The notes under the pieces are model-generated. The model made no database searches. It was not told the DNA's origin and saw nothing but the letters and a program-made list of their open reading frames with translations. From an uncultured Methanosarcinales archaeon (GTDB lineage: Archaea > Nanobdellota > Nanobdellia > Woesearchaeales > UBA11576), in NCBI GenBank assembly GCA_964563755.1, contig CAZLYC010000003.1:73831-137830 (forward strand): a stretch of 64,000 nt of DNA, in the 5' to 3' direction. The translations under genes and the position numbers were made by a program. How positions within the stretch are numbered: the first letter of the stretch is position 1; every line of letters starts with the position of its first letter. Shown piece after piece: positions 17,189 through 26,340 of this stretch.

Positions 17189-18727
17189 ATGAACCCAAGA
17201 AACATTAACAGACTAAAACGCAGACTGGATGCAGCAGGCGCAGCCATAAAACTGCATCTTAACTCACCCAAAAGCGTAAACTGCGAGAAAGAAATATCAC
17301 AGTACAGAGAAAAACTCGAGGTACTCAAAGACTGCCTTGATGAAAAGGTCATGCTTGCATTGTCGGGCCAGCTCGATATCTTAGAAGGAAACAGTTCTAC
17401 AGCGCTAGTGAAATTTGAAGAGGCAATAGCACTTACAAAACAGCATCCTCCCAATAACCGCATCATATCTTATCTGCTTCCAAAAACAATATCGAAAAGT
17501 ATGCTGATGGGAAAAGGCGCAGCACAATATTATCTTAGCAGGGCTGTAATGCACCTTGTCAACGGGCATGACCGTATGGCAATAAAAGATTTCGAAGAAG
17601 CCATAGACAACGAACGCAAGAACATGGACCTGTACACGCTATATGGACGTGCGCTTGAAGCGACCGGAAGAGAAAAAGAAGCTCTTGAGCAGTACGGCTA
17701 CCTGTCAAGGCTAATGGTCATGAGCTCAAAGCAGGGCAGAAGATTCCAGTTCGAAAAGATAGGCGAGAGCAACACATACAAGATAAGGGAATCCCAAAGC
17801 CTTGACAATGTGTTTGTCATGAAGATATCAGATACACCAGAAGACCTCGCGAAAGAATACAAGCTCATGCAGGAAGCAGAGAAGAAAGTCGGCGGGAAGA
17901 TAAGCGAGCTTGGCTTCAATGACCGGTTCGCAGTCGCAAAAAGCATGAAGATGCTCAAGTATGACAACTATGCCATATTATCCCTGCATGACAAAGGAAA
18001 GACCCTGAGCGACTACGTGAGATCGACCGGAAACATAAGCGCTCTGAAAAATGCCGCAGAGTTCCTTGCTATAATACACACAGCGATGCACGATGAAAAC
18101 CACAAGATAAGAAATGAGAAACAGCATTATTCAATACGGACGAGCCAAGCATACAGATCAATAAGCCGCATCGATAACTACAGAAAGAAGGATGCTATAG
18201 TCGAGCTTTACCGCGCCTGTGACACGCTCGTTGAAACGCTTGAGACGTCAACGCGCGTATTCAATAAAGATGCGCACGCAAGCAACTGGAACTTAAGCGA
18301 AGACGGCAAGGTCACAGCATTCGATTTCGCACCCGGAGATTATGTTCCTATGGAGAATGATATATCGAAGCTCCTTGAAAGAGGAAGGCATTTCTCAAAT
18401 GATGCACTGGGAGACATACAGAGGGAAGAATGCGTGACTGCTTACATAAACCTGCTCTTAAAACTTGGAAAGATAAAAGTCCATGAACCTGAAATGTTCA
18501 TGTTCAGGAAACTCAACGCAGACATAATCTGCGCAGTATCCTCATTCGGGTATACCTGCCAGGATATGAAAGACGAAAGGACAAGCAAGGACTATATGAG
18601 GAATGCAATACATTCGACACAGAGGATAATCGATGAATTCGGAGATGCCTGCGGGAAAAAAAGGGAGATATATTCAAGCATAAAGGACGGGCTTGAAGTC
18701 CTCATAGAACTTGATTTTAAGAGCTGA
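17189..18727 (+). CDS. TPR-repeat protein fused to kinase-like (APH/choline-kinase fold) domain
   Basis: 512 aa. N-terminal TPR-like helices. The C-terminal part carries NKDAHASNWNL....VTAFDF, resembling the HxDxxxxN...DF catalytic motifs of aminoglycoside-phosphotransferase-type kinases. Confidence 0.65.
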   Translation: MNPRNINRLKRRLDAAGAAIKLHLNSPKSVNCEKEISQYREKLEVLKDCLDEKVMLALSGQLDILEGNSSTALVKFEEAIALTKQHPPNNRIISYLLPKTISKSMLMGKGAAQYYLSRAVMHLVNGHDRMAIKDFEEAIDNERKNMDLYTLYGRALEATGREKEALEQYGYLSRLMVMSSKQGRRFQFEKIGESNTYKIRESQSLDNVFVMKISDTPEDLAKEYKLMQEAEKKVGGKISELGFNDRFAVAKSMKMLKYDNYAILSLHDKGKTLSDYVRSTGNISALKNAAEFLAIIHTAMHDENHKIRNEKQHYSIRTSQAYRSISRIDNYRKKDAIVELYRACDTLVETLETSTRVFNKDAHASNWNLSEDGKVTAFDFAPGDYVPMENDISKLLERGRHFSNDALGDIQREECVTAYINLLLKLGKIKVHEPEMFMFRKLNADIICAVSSFGYTCQDMKDERTSKDYMRNAIHSTQRIIDEFGDACGKKREIYSSIKDGLEVLIELDFKS

Positions 18728-18741
18728 CGACAAAAACAAAA

Positions 18742-19698
18742 TCACTGTCTCTTACTTATGCTGCTGAAGTTCAGGATGAAGAACGGCCCAGTCATCTCAT
18801 GAACAGTATCCAAGATGAAAAGCAGGTTGCCCAGGATAACCGAATCGAGACCTTTGCTCTTCTCAAGCGCAGAATTTGACGATGACAAGATATCCTTGTA
18901 TCCTGACTGGAACTTCTCGAAAAGAGACTGGTCAAACTTATAGAACAGCTTATAGAACATCTCAAGGAAAGAATTCACCTTAACAAGGACAGACAGAACA
19001 TCTTTTGAGACAGAGAAACTCTTGCCTGAAGAAGAAAGCACTGCCTCGCATATCCTCCTATAACCATCAGCAACCTTCTCGAGGTCACGTATCAGGACAT
19101 AAGCATATACTGTGTTCTCAGGATCCTTGTAAGCGCCCTTGCTTAATACTCTTTTACAGAAATCCGTGAACATATTTGTCGTCTTCTCAAGACTCTTGAT
19201 TTCCTCAAACCGCGCTTTTTCTCTTTCGACAAAGGCCTCGTGAATGTTATTCGCCATCTCAAGCGTTATAAGAAAAGTCCTCCTCAGTATAGCATCGAAC
19301 TCAGAATCTATCTCTTTTGAGACTGCCTTGACAAGACATCTCCTTTCGCTGCGGTCTATTATCTCAAAGCCCATGAGGTCAGACACACGTTCTTTGACCT
19401 CTGCGAAACTCTTCGAGTCAAGATTGACCAGCTCAATCTCATCATACCCTTTCTGGTAAAGATAAGACAGCATAGCCTTGCTGAAATGTATCCTCTCAAG
19501 ATCAAGCACAAACTTCTTCTGGCGCTCCTTTGATTCTGGAGAGATTGAAAGCACGTCGCCCATCTCTTCAATATTGACTTCAGAACCCTTTGCTATGCCT
19601 GACTTCTTCACCCACTGCGACGGCAGAGATACTACCATAGTATTTGTAGCGAGCTTTATGACTTTCCTTTTCATGAGATAAGGATAAGCCAGCATCAT
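18742..19698 (-). CDS. phoU: AbrB/SpoVT-PhoU fusion, phosphate-uptake-regulator-like
   Basis: 318 aa. N-terminal SpoVT/AbrB-like beta domain (VVSLPSQWVKKSGIAKGSEVNIE) followed by two PhoU-like helical repeats. The true start may be ATG 19674, which is leaderless after TTTTTTATAT. Confidence 0.75.
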   Translation of the reverse strand: MMLAYPYLMKRKVIKLATNTMVVSLPSQWVKKSGIAKGSEVNIEEMGDVLSISPESKERQKKFVLDLERIHFSKAMLSYLYQKGYDEIELVNLDSKSFAEVKERVSDLMGFEIIDRSERRCLVKAVSKEIDSEFDAILRRTFLITLEMANNIHEAFVEREKARFEEIKSLEKTTNMFTDFCKRVLSKGAYKDPENTVYAYVLIRDLEKVADGYRRICEAVLSSSGKSFSVSKDVLSVLVKVNSFLEMFYKLFYKFDQSLFEKFQSGYKDILSSSNSALEKSKGLDSVILGNLLFILDTVHEMTGPFFILNFSSISKRQ

Positions 19699-19806
19699 AT
19701 AAAAAACTTTTCTTTTATTATATGTTTAAGGTACTATATATATCTTATAGAAAAAGTATAAGGTGAATCCGGACATCATCCATATTGCTTGGAAAACAGG
19801 CGGAGG

Positions 19807-20301
19807 ATGAAAAAAATGGTGTGCGAAAAAAAGAAGGAGATAGGACTTCTGATGGAGCTACGGAAAGACGGACGTCAGACCCTTACCGACATAAGCAAGA
19901 AGATAGGGATGCCAGTATCGACAATCTTTGACAAGGTAAAGGCCAACCGAAACCAGATGATAAACCGGTTCACGTGCCTGCTGGATTTCAGGAAGATAGG
20001 ATTCAACTGCAGGGCGCAGATTGTGTTAAGGATAAGGAAGGACCAGAAAGACCAGAAGGCAGAGATGCAGGAATACCTTGTGAGGCACCCGAATGTGAAC
20101 TCTGTCTACAAGATAAACAATGGCTATGATTTCCTTGTCGAGACAGTGTTTCGGGAGCTTAAGGAGCTCGACGAGTTCCTCGAGAAGCTCGAAGAACAGT
20201 TCAGGGTGCAGGAGAAGAACGTGTATTACATCATAGACGATGTCGCAAGAGAGGTCTTCATGACAGACCAGCTGCACGCGGAGATAATCGGGATGATATA
20301 A
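19807..20301 (+). CDS. Lrp/AsnC-family transcriptional regulator
   Basis: HTH (QTLTDISKKIGMPVSTIFDKVK) plus a RAM-like domain. GGCGGAGG lies adjacent to ATG 19807 (alternative ATG at 19816). Paralog of 41697-42143. Confidence 0.8.
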   Translation: MKKMVCEKKKEIGLLMELRKDGRQTLTDISKKIGMPVSTIFDKVKANRNQMINRFTCLLDFRKIGFNCRAQIVLRIRKDQKDQKAEMQEYLVRHPNVNSVYKINNGYDFLVETVFRELKELDEFLEKLEEQFRVQEKNVYYIIDDVAREVFMTDQLHAEIIGMI

Positions 20302-20316
20302 CAGTAATTACATCGC

Positions 20317-20405
20317 TGCCGCCTAGCGAGCAACAGATAACAGGTCTAGAACAATTGCAGTTGGGCGAACAGAAGCAGATACATAATCAATGCGAACGCG
20401 GCAGC
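20317..20405 (-). repeat. Dispersed intergenic repeat, short form (copy C, inverted)
   Basis: The reverse complement reads ...ccgcgttcgcattgattatgtatctgcttctgttcgcccaactgcaatt...gctcgctaggcggca, with a ~45-nt core nearly identical to 28554-28639. Confidence 0.85.
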
Positions 20406-20468
20406 GGAAGTTATCTATTTCATCACTAAACCAAAAATAATAAAAACCCTCAGGGGTTCCTGACCTGC

Positions 20469-20720
20469 ATGGCAACCAAAAAACAAACAAAAACACAGAC
20501 TGAAACAAAACAGCTCATAACAAAGGACATGCCTATCGGGCAGATTGTCATGCAGCACCCTGAAACATTTGAGGTGTTCGCGAAGCACGGCCTGCACTGC
20601 ATAGGATGCGCGGCAGCGCATTTCGAGAACCTAGAACAGGGATGTATGGCGCATGGCATAGATGTCGAAAAAATAGTAAAAGACCTCAATGATGCTGCGA
20701 AGAAGCAGAAAAAAGGCTAA
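20469..20720 (+). CDS. DUF1858 / hybrid-cluster-protein-associated redox disulfide protein
   Basis: 83 aa. The pattern ITKDMPIGQIV..HPET..VF.KHGLHCIGC.AA..E.LEQG...HGID is typical of this family. Confidence 0.75.
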   Translation: MATKKQTKTQTETKQLITKDMPIGQIVMQHPETFEVFAKHGLHCIGCAAAHFENLEQGCMAHGIDVEKIVKDLNDAAKKQKKG

Positions 20721-20794
20721 AAAACAGAATAAGGACAATATTTTTATAAATAGCCGCTGCTTAAAGCAGCTATTACGATAAAAAGAGGTAACTG

Positions 20795-21271
20795 ATGGCA
20801 TCAGCCAAATATCTTAAAGTCACGCTGACCCTGATGGCATTATATGCCGGAATCATGGGTTCTTTGACTCTTTTCTTCCAAGATGTCGCAGCATTTCTCT
20901 TCGGATATAACATAACTGATCCTGTAGCTACTAGATACTGGGGGGCAGTACTGCTTACCATGTCCATATTCTATCTCTTCCTGTCGATGGACCCTGTGAA
21001 GCACAGGCTGTTCCTATGGATTGGTGTGTTCGACCTGGGTTTTGCATCAACACTGACAGTACTTAACGTCGCGACAAAACACATAAGCGTAGCACAGGGA
21101 ATTGTTGCAATAGTCCTGAATCCAATATTTATGGTCATACTGCTCTATGGACTTGCGAAACCTCCTGAAGGAGAAGTTGTCCTTATGGCAGGCCACTCGC
21201 AGAAACCAGAGATACCTGAGCATGAACTTCCGGCACACTTATCAGGCACGCATCCTCTAAAGGGAAAATGA
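20795..21271 (+). CDS. Hypothetical membrane protein (4 TM)
   Basis: 158-aa ORF with a GAGGTA RBS and four hydrophobic helices. Confidence 0.6.
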   Translation: MASAKYLKVTLTLMALYAGIMGSLTLFFQDVAAFLFGYNITDPVATRYWGAVLLTMSIFYLFLSMDPVKHRLFLWIGVFDLGFASTLTVLNVATKHISVAQGIVAIVLNPIFMVILLYGLAKPPEGEVVLMAGHSQKPEIPEHELPAHLSGTHPLKGK

Positions 21272-21487
21272 TTTCTTTATTTCATACTATTTTTCCATCA
21301 TCATCCAGTGATACATAGACAATAAATCGATTAACCTGTTCTTAGAGCTTTAAACTGCAATACCTTGAAACAGTAGCGATGATTTACTGAGTAATGGTAT
21401 CTCAATCCATCATAATGATTGCAAAAATAAACATTGAATAATATATTTCTCAGAAACAAAATGTTTAAATATCTGTTAATGAAGTGA

Positions 21488-21533
21488 CCACTACCTGTTG
21501 TGTATGCCGATGAAGGAAAGCACAATATCTTGT
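21488..21533 (+). promoter_or_regulatory. Tandem NrdR boxes
   Basis: cactacctgttgtg (21488-21501) and cacaatatcttgtg (21520-21533) both fit the CACwAnATnTwGTG palindrome. Their starts are 32 bp apart, ~90 bp upstream of nrdR. Confidence 0.65.
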
Positions 21534-21624
21534 GTTTTTTGGTTTTCCGCCAAAAGCAGATAAAAACACGGTTTAAACGGTTTTTTACCAAAAAAACCAA
21601 ACAAAAAAAGGAGAAAAGACAGCG

Positions 21625-22077
21625 ATGAAGTGTCCATTTTGCGGCAAACTAGACTCAAAGGTCGTTGACAAACGCGAGACAGAAAGTCACGAAGTCACGC
21701 GCAGAAGAAGAGAATGCCTCGGCTGCAACAAGAGGTACACAACATACGAGCGCCTCGAGACAGTCGCGCTGACAGTAGTCAAGAAAGACGGCACAAGACA
21801 GGAATACAACCGCGACAAGATCCTTTCAGGACTCCTTAAGGCCTGCGAGAAGCTGCCTGTCACAAGAGAAGCTATCGATAAGGTCGTTGATGAAATCGAA
21901 TCAGAGCTCAAGTCTGCAGAAGCTGCAGAGGTGGATGCAAAGAAAATAGGAGAGCTCGTGATGAAGGGATTGAAGAAGCTCAACAAGGTCGCATACATCA
22001 GATTCGCATCAGTCTACAAGGAATTCAAAGACATAGATGATTTCGAAAAAGAGCTACAAAGGCTCACCAAAAAGTAA
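21625..22077 (+). CDS. nrdR: Transcriptional repressor NrdR
   Basis: 150 aa. MKCPFCG...DSKVVD.R...RRRRECLGC.KRYTTYE zinc ribbon plus an ATP-cone. Confidence 0.9.
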   Translation: MKCPFCGKLDSKVVDKRETESHEVTRRRRECLGCNKRYTTYERLETVALTVVKKDGTRQEYNRDKILSGLLKACEKLPVTREAIDKVVDEIESELKSAEAAEVDAKKIGELVMKGLKKLNKVAYIRFASVYKEFKDIDDFEKELQRLTKK

Positions 22078-22140
22078 ATACCCACCCCGCGGCTAGTTCT
22101 GCGGATAAAAAAAAAGGTAAAAAAATAGAGGTATGTAAAA

Positions 22141-24159
22141 ATGGAGGAGATTACGAAAGTACGCAGAGTGCAGAAGAGAGACGGCCAGCTGGTTCTCTTT
22201 GATGACAACAGGATAACCGAATGCATATTCAAGGCAGTAAAGGCAGTCGGTCAGGATGATTATAACAAGGCAAAGAACCTCTCTGCAAAAGTAGTTTCGA
22301 TACTTGACATATTCTTCAAAGGCGGAGTTATACCCACAGTAGAGATGATGCAGGACCTGATAGAGAAGGTACTCATCGAATCCGCAGAAGTAGAAATAGC
22401 AAAAGCATACATCCTCTACAGAGACCAGAGACGAAGGCTCAGAGAAGAGAACCAGGCGATGATGGACGTCACCGCAACAATGGACGGCTATCTCATGCAG
22501 TCAGACTGGAGAGTCGCAGAGAACGCCAACATGAATTATTCATTATCAGGACTTCTGATGCACGCGGCAACTTCAGTATTCGCACACTACACGCTGAACA
22601 ACGTATATCCTAAAGAGATAGCTGATGCGCACAGGAACGGCGACATACACATCCACGACCTTGGAATGGGAATCGCAGGCTACTGCGCAGGATGGTCATT
22701 AAGACAGTTGCTGATTGAGGGATTCAACGGAGTGCCTGGCAAGATAGACTCAAAGCCGGCAAAGCACCTTGATTCAGCGCTATGGCAGATGATAAATTTC
22801 ATAGGCACGCTGCAGAATGAATGGGCAGGAGCACAGGCATTCAGCTCCTTCGACACTTATCTCGCGCCTTTCATCAAGTCAGACAACATGCCCTACATCA
22901 AGGTCAAGCAGTCCATACAGGGATTTGTGTTCAACATGAACGTACCATCAAGATGGGGCGGACAGACACCATTCTCAAACCTGACACTGGACTGGGTAGT
23001 ACCTGAGGACATGAAGAACAAACGCGCGATAGTCGGCGGAAAAGAGCAGGACTTCACATACGGCGAATGCCAGAAAGAGATGGACATGATAAACAGGGCA
23101 TTCATAGAAGTCATGACAGAAGGCGACTCGAGAGGAAGGATATTCACGTTCCCAATCCCGACATACAACGTAACAACAGACTTCGACTGGGACAGCGAGA
23201 ACTCAAACATGCTTTTTGACATGACAGCCAAATATGGAATACCATACTTCCAGAACTTCATCAACTCCGAACTTAAGCCCGGAGACGTAAGGAGCATGTG
23301 CTGCAGGCTGCAGATGGACATGCGCGAGCTCAGGCAGAAGGGAGGCGGTTTGTTCGGAGCAGTCGAGATGACAGGATCAGTCGGAGTAATCACGATAAAC
23401 CTACCAAGGATAGGATACCTTGCAAAGACAAAAGAAGAGTTCCTTGACAGGCTCGGAAAGCTGATGGACCTATCCAAGCAGTCTCTTGAGATAAAAAGGA
23501 AACTCGTCCAGAGAAACATGGACAATGGCCTCATGCCATTCACAAAGAGATACCTTGGAACATTGCAGAACCATTTCAACACAATAGGAATAAATGGAAT
23601 GAACGAGACACTGATGAACTTCCTAGGCCCTGATGTCAACATGAGCACCAAGAGAGGAATAGTCTTTGCTGAAGAAGTGCTTGATTTCATGAGAGAGAAG
23701 CTCAAGAAATACCAGGAAGAGACAGGGAACATATACAACCTTGAAGCTACGCCTGCAGAAGGCACAGCATACAGGTTCGCGAAGCATGACAAGCAGAGGT
23801 ACCCTGACATACTTACAGCAGGCAAAGAGGAACCATACTACACAAACAGCACCCAGCTGCCTGTAAGCCATACGACAGACATATTCGAGGCGCTCGAACT
23901 GCAGGATGGCATACAGATAAAATACACTGGCGGAACAGTGTTCCACGGATTCCTTGGAGAGAGGGTGAGCGACGTAGAGACCTGCAAGAAGCTTGTGAAA
24001 AGGATAGCCTACAACTTCAGGCTGCCATACTTTACAATAACACCGACTTTCAGCGTGTGCCCCAAACACGGATACATACCTGGAAGGCATGAGACATGCC
24101 CGTACGAAGACGGAGAAAAACAAGCATCAGCAGAGACGATGCCAAGAGTGACTAACTAA
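22141..24159 (+). CDS. nrdD: Anaerobic ribonucleoside-triphosphate reductase NrdD, large piece lacking the glycyl-radical loop
   Basis: 672 aa. N-terminal ATP-cone and class III RNR core. Ends at ...FSVCPKHGYIPGRHETCPYEDGE... with no (R/S)xxGY glycyl-radical motif. Confidence 0.9.
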   Translation: MEEITKVRRVQKRDGQLVLFDDNRITECIFKAVKAVGQDDYNKAKNLSAKVVSILDIFFKGGVIPTVEMMQDLIEKVLIESAEVEIAKAYILYRDQRRRLREENQAMMDVTATMDGYLMQSDWRVAENANMNYSLSGLLMHAATSVFAHYTLNNVYPKEIADAHRNGDIHIHDLGMGIAGYCAGWSLRQLLIEGFNGVPGKIDSKPAKHLDSALWQMINFIGTLQNEWAGAQAFSSFDTYLAPFIKSDNMPYIKVKQSIQGFVFNMNVPSRWGGQTPFSNLTLDWVVPEDMKNKRAIVGGKEQDFTYGECQKEMDMINRAFIEVMTEGDSRGRIFTFPIPTYNVTTDFDWDSENSNMLFDMTAKYGIPYFQNFINSELKPGDVRSMCCRLQMDMRELRQKGGGLFGAVEMTGSVGVITINLPRIGYLAKTKEEFLDRLGKLMDLSKQSLEIKRKLVQRNMDNGLMPFTKRYLGTLQNHFNTIGINGMNETLMNFLGPDVNMSTKRGIVFAEEVLDFMREKLKKYQEETGNIYNLEATPAEGTAYRFAKHDKQRYPDILTAGKEEPYYTNSTQLPVSHTTDIFEALELQDGIQIKYTGGTVFHGFLGERVSDVETCKKLVKRIAYNFRLPYFTITPTFSVCPKHGYIPGRHETCPYEDGEKQASAETMPRVTN

Positions 24160-24179
24160 AAAAAAGAGGTGCGTGAAAG

Positions 24180-24380
24180 ATGACTAAATGCGGAATGAGA
24201 TGCGAAGTATTTTCCAGGGTAGTAGGATACCACCGCCCAGTCCAGCAATGGAACAAGGGAAAGAAGGAAGAGTTCAGAGAGAGAGTCGAGTTCGACGAGA
24301 CAGTCTCGCTTGACAGCAACCACGCGATGCGCGGCTACCCAAAGACAGAGATGGAACTGAAGAACAAATTCAGCTTCTAA
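24180..24380 (+). CDS. Separate NrdD C-terminal piece carrying the glycyl-radical motif
   Basis: 66 aa with its own GAGGTG RBS, in a different frame from nrdD. KCGMRCEVFSRVVGYHRPVQQWNKGKKEEFRER matches the Zn-ribbon end plus the RxxGY...WN.GK..E...R glycyl-radical signature. Confidence 0.8.
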   Translation: MTKCGMRCEVFSRVVGYHRPVQQWNKGKKEEFRERVEFDETVSLDSNHAMRGYPKTEMELKNKFSF

Positions 24381-24407
24381 ATCTTTTTATTTTTTTAGGT
24401 GATTATA

Positions 24408-24650
24408 ATGAAGTATAAACTGTTCACGACACCGATGTGCCCGAAATGCCCTGCGATGAAGACACACATGGCAAATCAGACCAAGGTGCAAGGCGAACAT
24501 ATCAACTGCCACACGCCAGAAGGACTGGCTGAAGCAAGAAAGTACATAGTCGCATCAGTACCTATGGTCATATTCGTAGATGACGACGGGAAAGAAAGCA
24601 GGAGATGCGGAACGAAGGAAGAAGTGGATAGTTTTCTTTTAAACGTATAA
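24408..24650 (+). CDS. Glutaredoxin/NrdH-like small redoxin
   Basis: 80 aa from ATG 24408 (AGGTGA RBS). CPKC active site in a thioredoxin-fold-sized protein located between nrdD and nrdG. Confidence 0.7.
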   Translation: MKYKLFTTPMCPKCPAMKTHMANQTKVQGEHINCHTPEGLAEARKYIVASVPMVIFVDDDGKESRRCGTKEEVDSFLLNV

Positions 24651-24699
24651 AAACAAACCGATAATCTTTTATTCTAAAAAAGAGGCGATAGGAACAAAC

Positions 24700-25404
24700 A
24701 TGATAATCGCCGGCCTACAGAAAACCAGTCTTGTTGATTGGCCTGAAAACATATGTTCTACAGTATTCTTAGCAGGGTGCAACTTCAGATGCCCGTTCTG
24801 CCATAATCCAGAACTTGTCCTTCCGGATGAGATAGAGAAGATAGAAAGCATGACAGAGACAGAACTAATAACCGCATTAGTATCAAGAAAAAGATTCATT
24901 GATGGAGTATGCATAACAGGTGGGGAGCCCTTGATGTCGCCAGACATAATTCCTCTGATGATGAGACTCAGGGAAAAAGGCTTCAAGATAAAGATAGACA
25001 CAAATGGAAGCGTCCCGACAATGCTAAAGAAGATAATAGACGAAAAGCTTGCGGATTACATAGCAATGGACATAAAAGCACCGAAAAATAGATATAATGA
25101 AATAACCAATAGCAAGGTAAACACAGAGCTTATCGAGCAGAGCATAAAACTCATAAAGTCAAGCAACATAGATTACGAGTTCAGGACAACAGTCGTAAAA
25201 GGACTGTTGGACAAAAAAGACATACTAGAAATCGCGGACTGGATAAAAGGCGCAAAAGCGTACTACCTACAGCAGTTCGTAGGGACAGAAAAGACAATAG
25301 ACAAGGCCTACCTGAACAGGAAAGCGCATCCACCGGATGATATGCATGAGATGCTTGACGCTGTCAAGAACAATTTTAAAAAAAGTGGAATAAGAGGGAT
25401 ATGA
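24700..25404 (+). CDS. nrdG: Anaerobic RNR activating protein (radical SAM)
   Basis: 234 aa. CNFRCPFCHN (CxxxCxxC) and GGEPL motifs. Confidence 0.9.
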   Translation: MIIAGLQKTSLVDWPENICSTVFLAGCNFRCPFCHNPELVLPDEIEKIESMTETELITALVSRKRFIDGVCITGGEPLMSPDIIPLMMRLREKGFKIKIDTNGSVPTMLKKIIDEKLADYIAMDIKAPKNRYNEITNSKVNTELIEQSIKLIKSSNIDYEFRTTVVKGLLDKKDILEIADWIKGAKAYYLQQFVGTEKTIDKAYLNRKAHPPDDMHEMLDAVKNNFKKSGIRGI

Positions 25405-25565
25405 TGCAATACACTCTTGGAAAAGACATGATATTTGTCATACTTGCACTGATATCCTCGCTTGCTATGCTCAGCCAGCACGCGATGACCGCGACCATAT
25501 TCTTTGGACTTGCCATACTATTCATCGTATTCGAACACCAGATATTTGATTACCTAGGGAGCTAA
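25401..25565 (+). CDS. Small hypothetical 2-TM protein (54 aa; below the ORF-track cutoff)
   Basis: ATG 25401 overlaps the nrdG stop (ATGA), with GAGGG upstream. Translation MMQYTLGKDMIFVILALISSLAML...GLAILFIVFEHQIFDYLGS. Confidence 0.45.
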   Translation: MMQYTLGKDMIFVILALISSLAMLSQHAMTATIFFGLAILFIVFEHQIFDYLGS

Positions 25566-25567
25566 AG

Positions 25568-25861
25568 ATGAAAAAACACATAGAGAAGATAGACGACCTA
25601 TTCATACATTACTATGAGGGGATACTACTCTTCGGCGTAATCATGACTGCAATAGCCGTCTGGATATACGAATACCATTACACAGAAAGCGGAGACGGAC
25701 TTATCGGGATAATAGCAGCAGGACTATTGTTCTTCGGGACGCTAGTGATAGGCCAGGGAATAAGAGGCTGGAGAGATGGTGAAGAGTACAGGAACAAGTA
25801 CATAGAGCTCAGGAGCAAGACAGGAGCAGACCTCGTAATAGAGAAAAGAAGAAGGAGATAA
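25568..25861 (+). CDS. Hypothetical 2-TM protein
   Basis: 97-aa ORF beginning 2 nt after the previous small ORF. Two hydrophobic helices and a basic tail. Confidence 0.55.
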   Translation: MKKHIEKIDDLFIHYYEGILLFGVIMTAIAVWIYEYHYTESGDGLIGIIAAGLLFFGTLVIGQGIRGWRDGEEYRNKYIELRSKTGADLVIEKRRRR

Positions 25862-25868
25862 TTCTAAA

Positions 25869-26297
25869 ATGGTGGAAGTCAAGATACACAGGATAGACAA
25901 GAATGTAGAACTGCCAAAATACGCTAAACAGGGCGATGCGGCATTTGACCTTAGGAGTTCGGAAGACAAGATTCTCAAATCAGGCGATAAGCACATAGTC
26001 AAGACAGGCATAAGGCTCGCAATACCTGAAGGATATGTTGGACTGGTTTGGGACAGGAGCGGAGTTGCCGCAAAGCACGGTGTGCACTGCATGGCTGGCG
26101 TCATAGACTCAGGCTACAGGGGAGAAGTAGGCGTTGTCATGAAAAACTTGAGCAATGAAGACTTCACAATCGAAAAGAACATGAGAATAGCACAGATGCT
26201 CATACAGCCAGTGGCTGCTGCAAAAATAACCGAAGTGGAAGAATTAGAAGAGACAGAAAGGAATAGTGGCGGGTTTGGAAGCACTGGGCTGAAATAG
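25869..26297 (+). CDS. dut: dUTP diphosphatase (trimeric Dut)
   Basis: 142 aa. Motifs GDAAFDLRS, GVIDSGYRGEV, RIAQ and GGFGSTG. Confidence 0.9.
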   Translation: MVEVKIHRIDKNVELPKYAKQGDAAFDLRSSEDKILKSGDKHIVKTGIRLAIPEGYVGLVWDRSGVAAKHGVHCMAGVIDSGYRGEVGVVMKNLSNEDFTIEKNMRIAQMLIQPVAAAKITEVEELEETERNSGGFGSTGLK

Positions 26298-26340
26298 AAT
26301 CAATCAAATAAAAACAAAAAAAATAAAGAAAAAATAAAAT

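Noticed and set aside
17056-17466. 136-aa minus-strand ORF
   Set aside because: Overlaps the start of the TPR/kinase-like gene in antisense. Phe/Ser-rich, no RBS.
21331-21600. 89-aa minus-strand ORF in the nrdR upstream region
   Set aside because: It covers the NrdR boxes and an AT-rich promoter region. The composition is implausible and there is no RBS.
22893-24123. 310-aa and 166-aa minus-strand ORFs
   Set aside because: Antisense shadows of nrdD.
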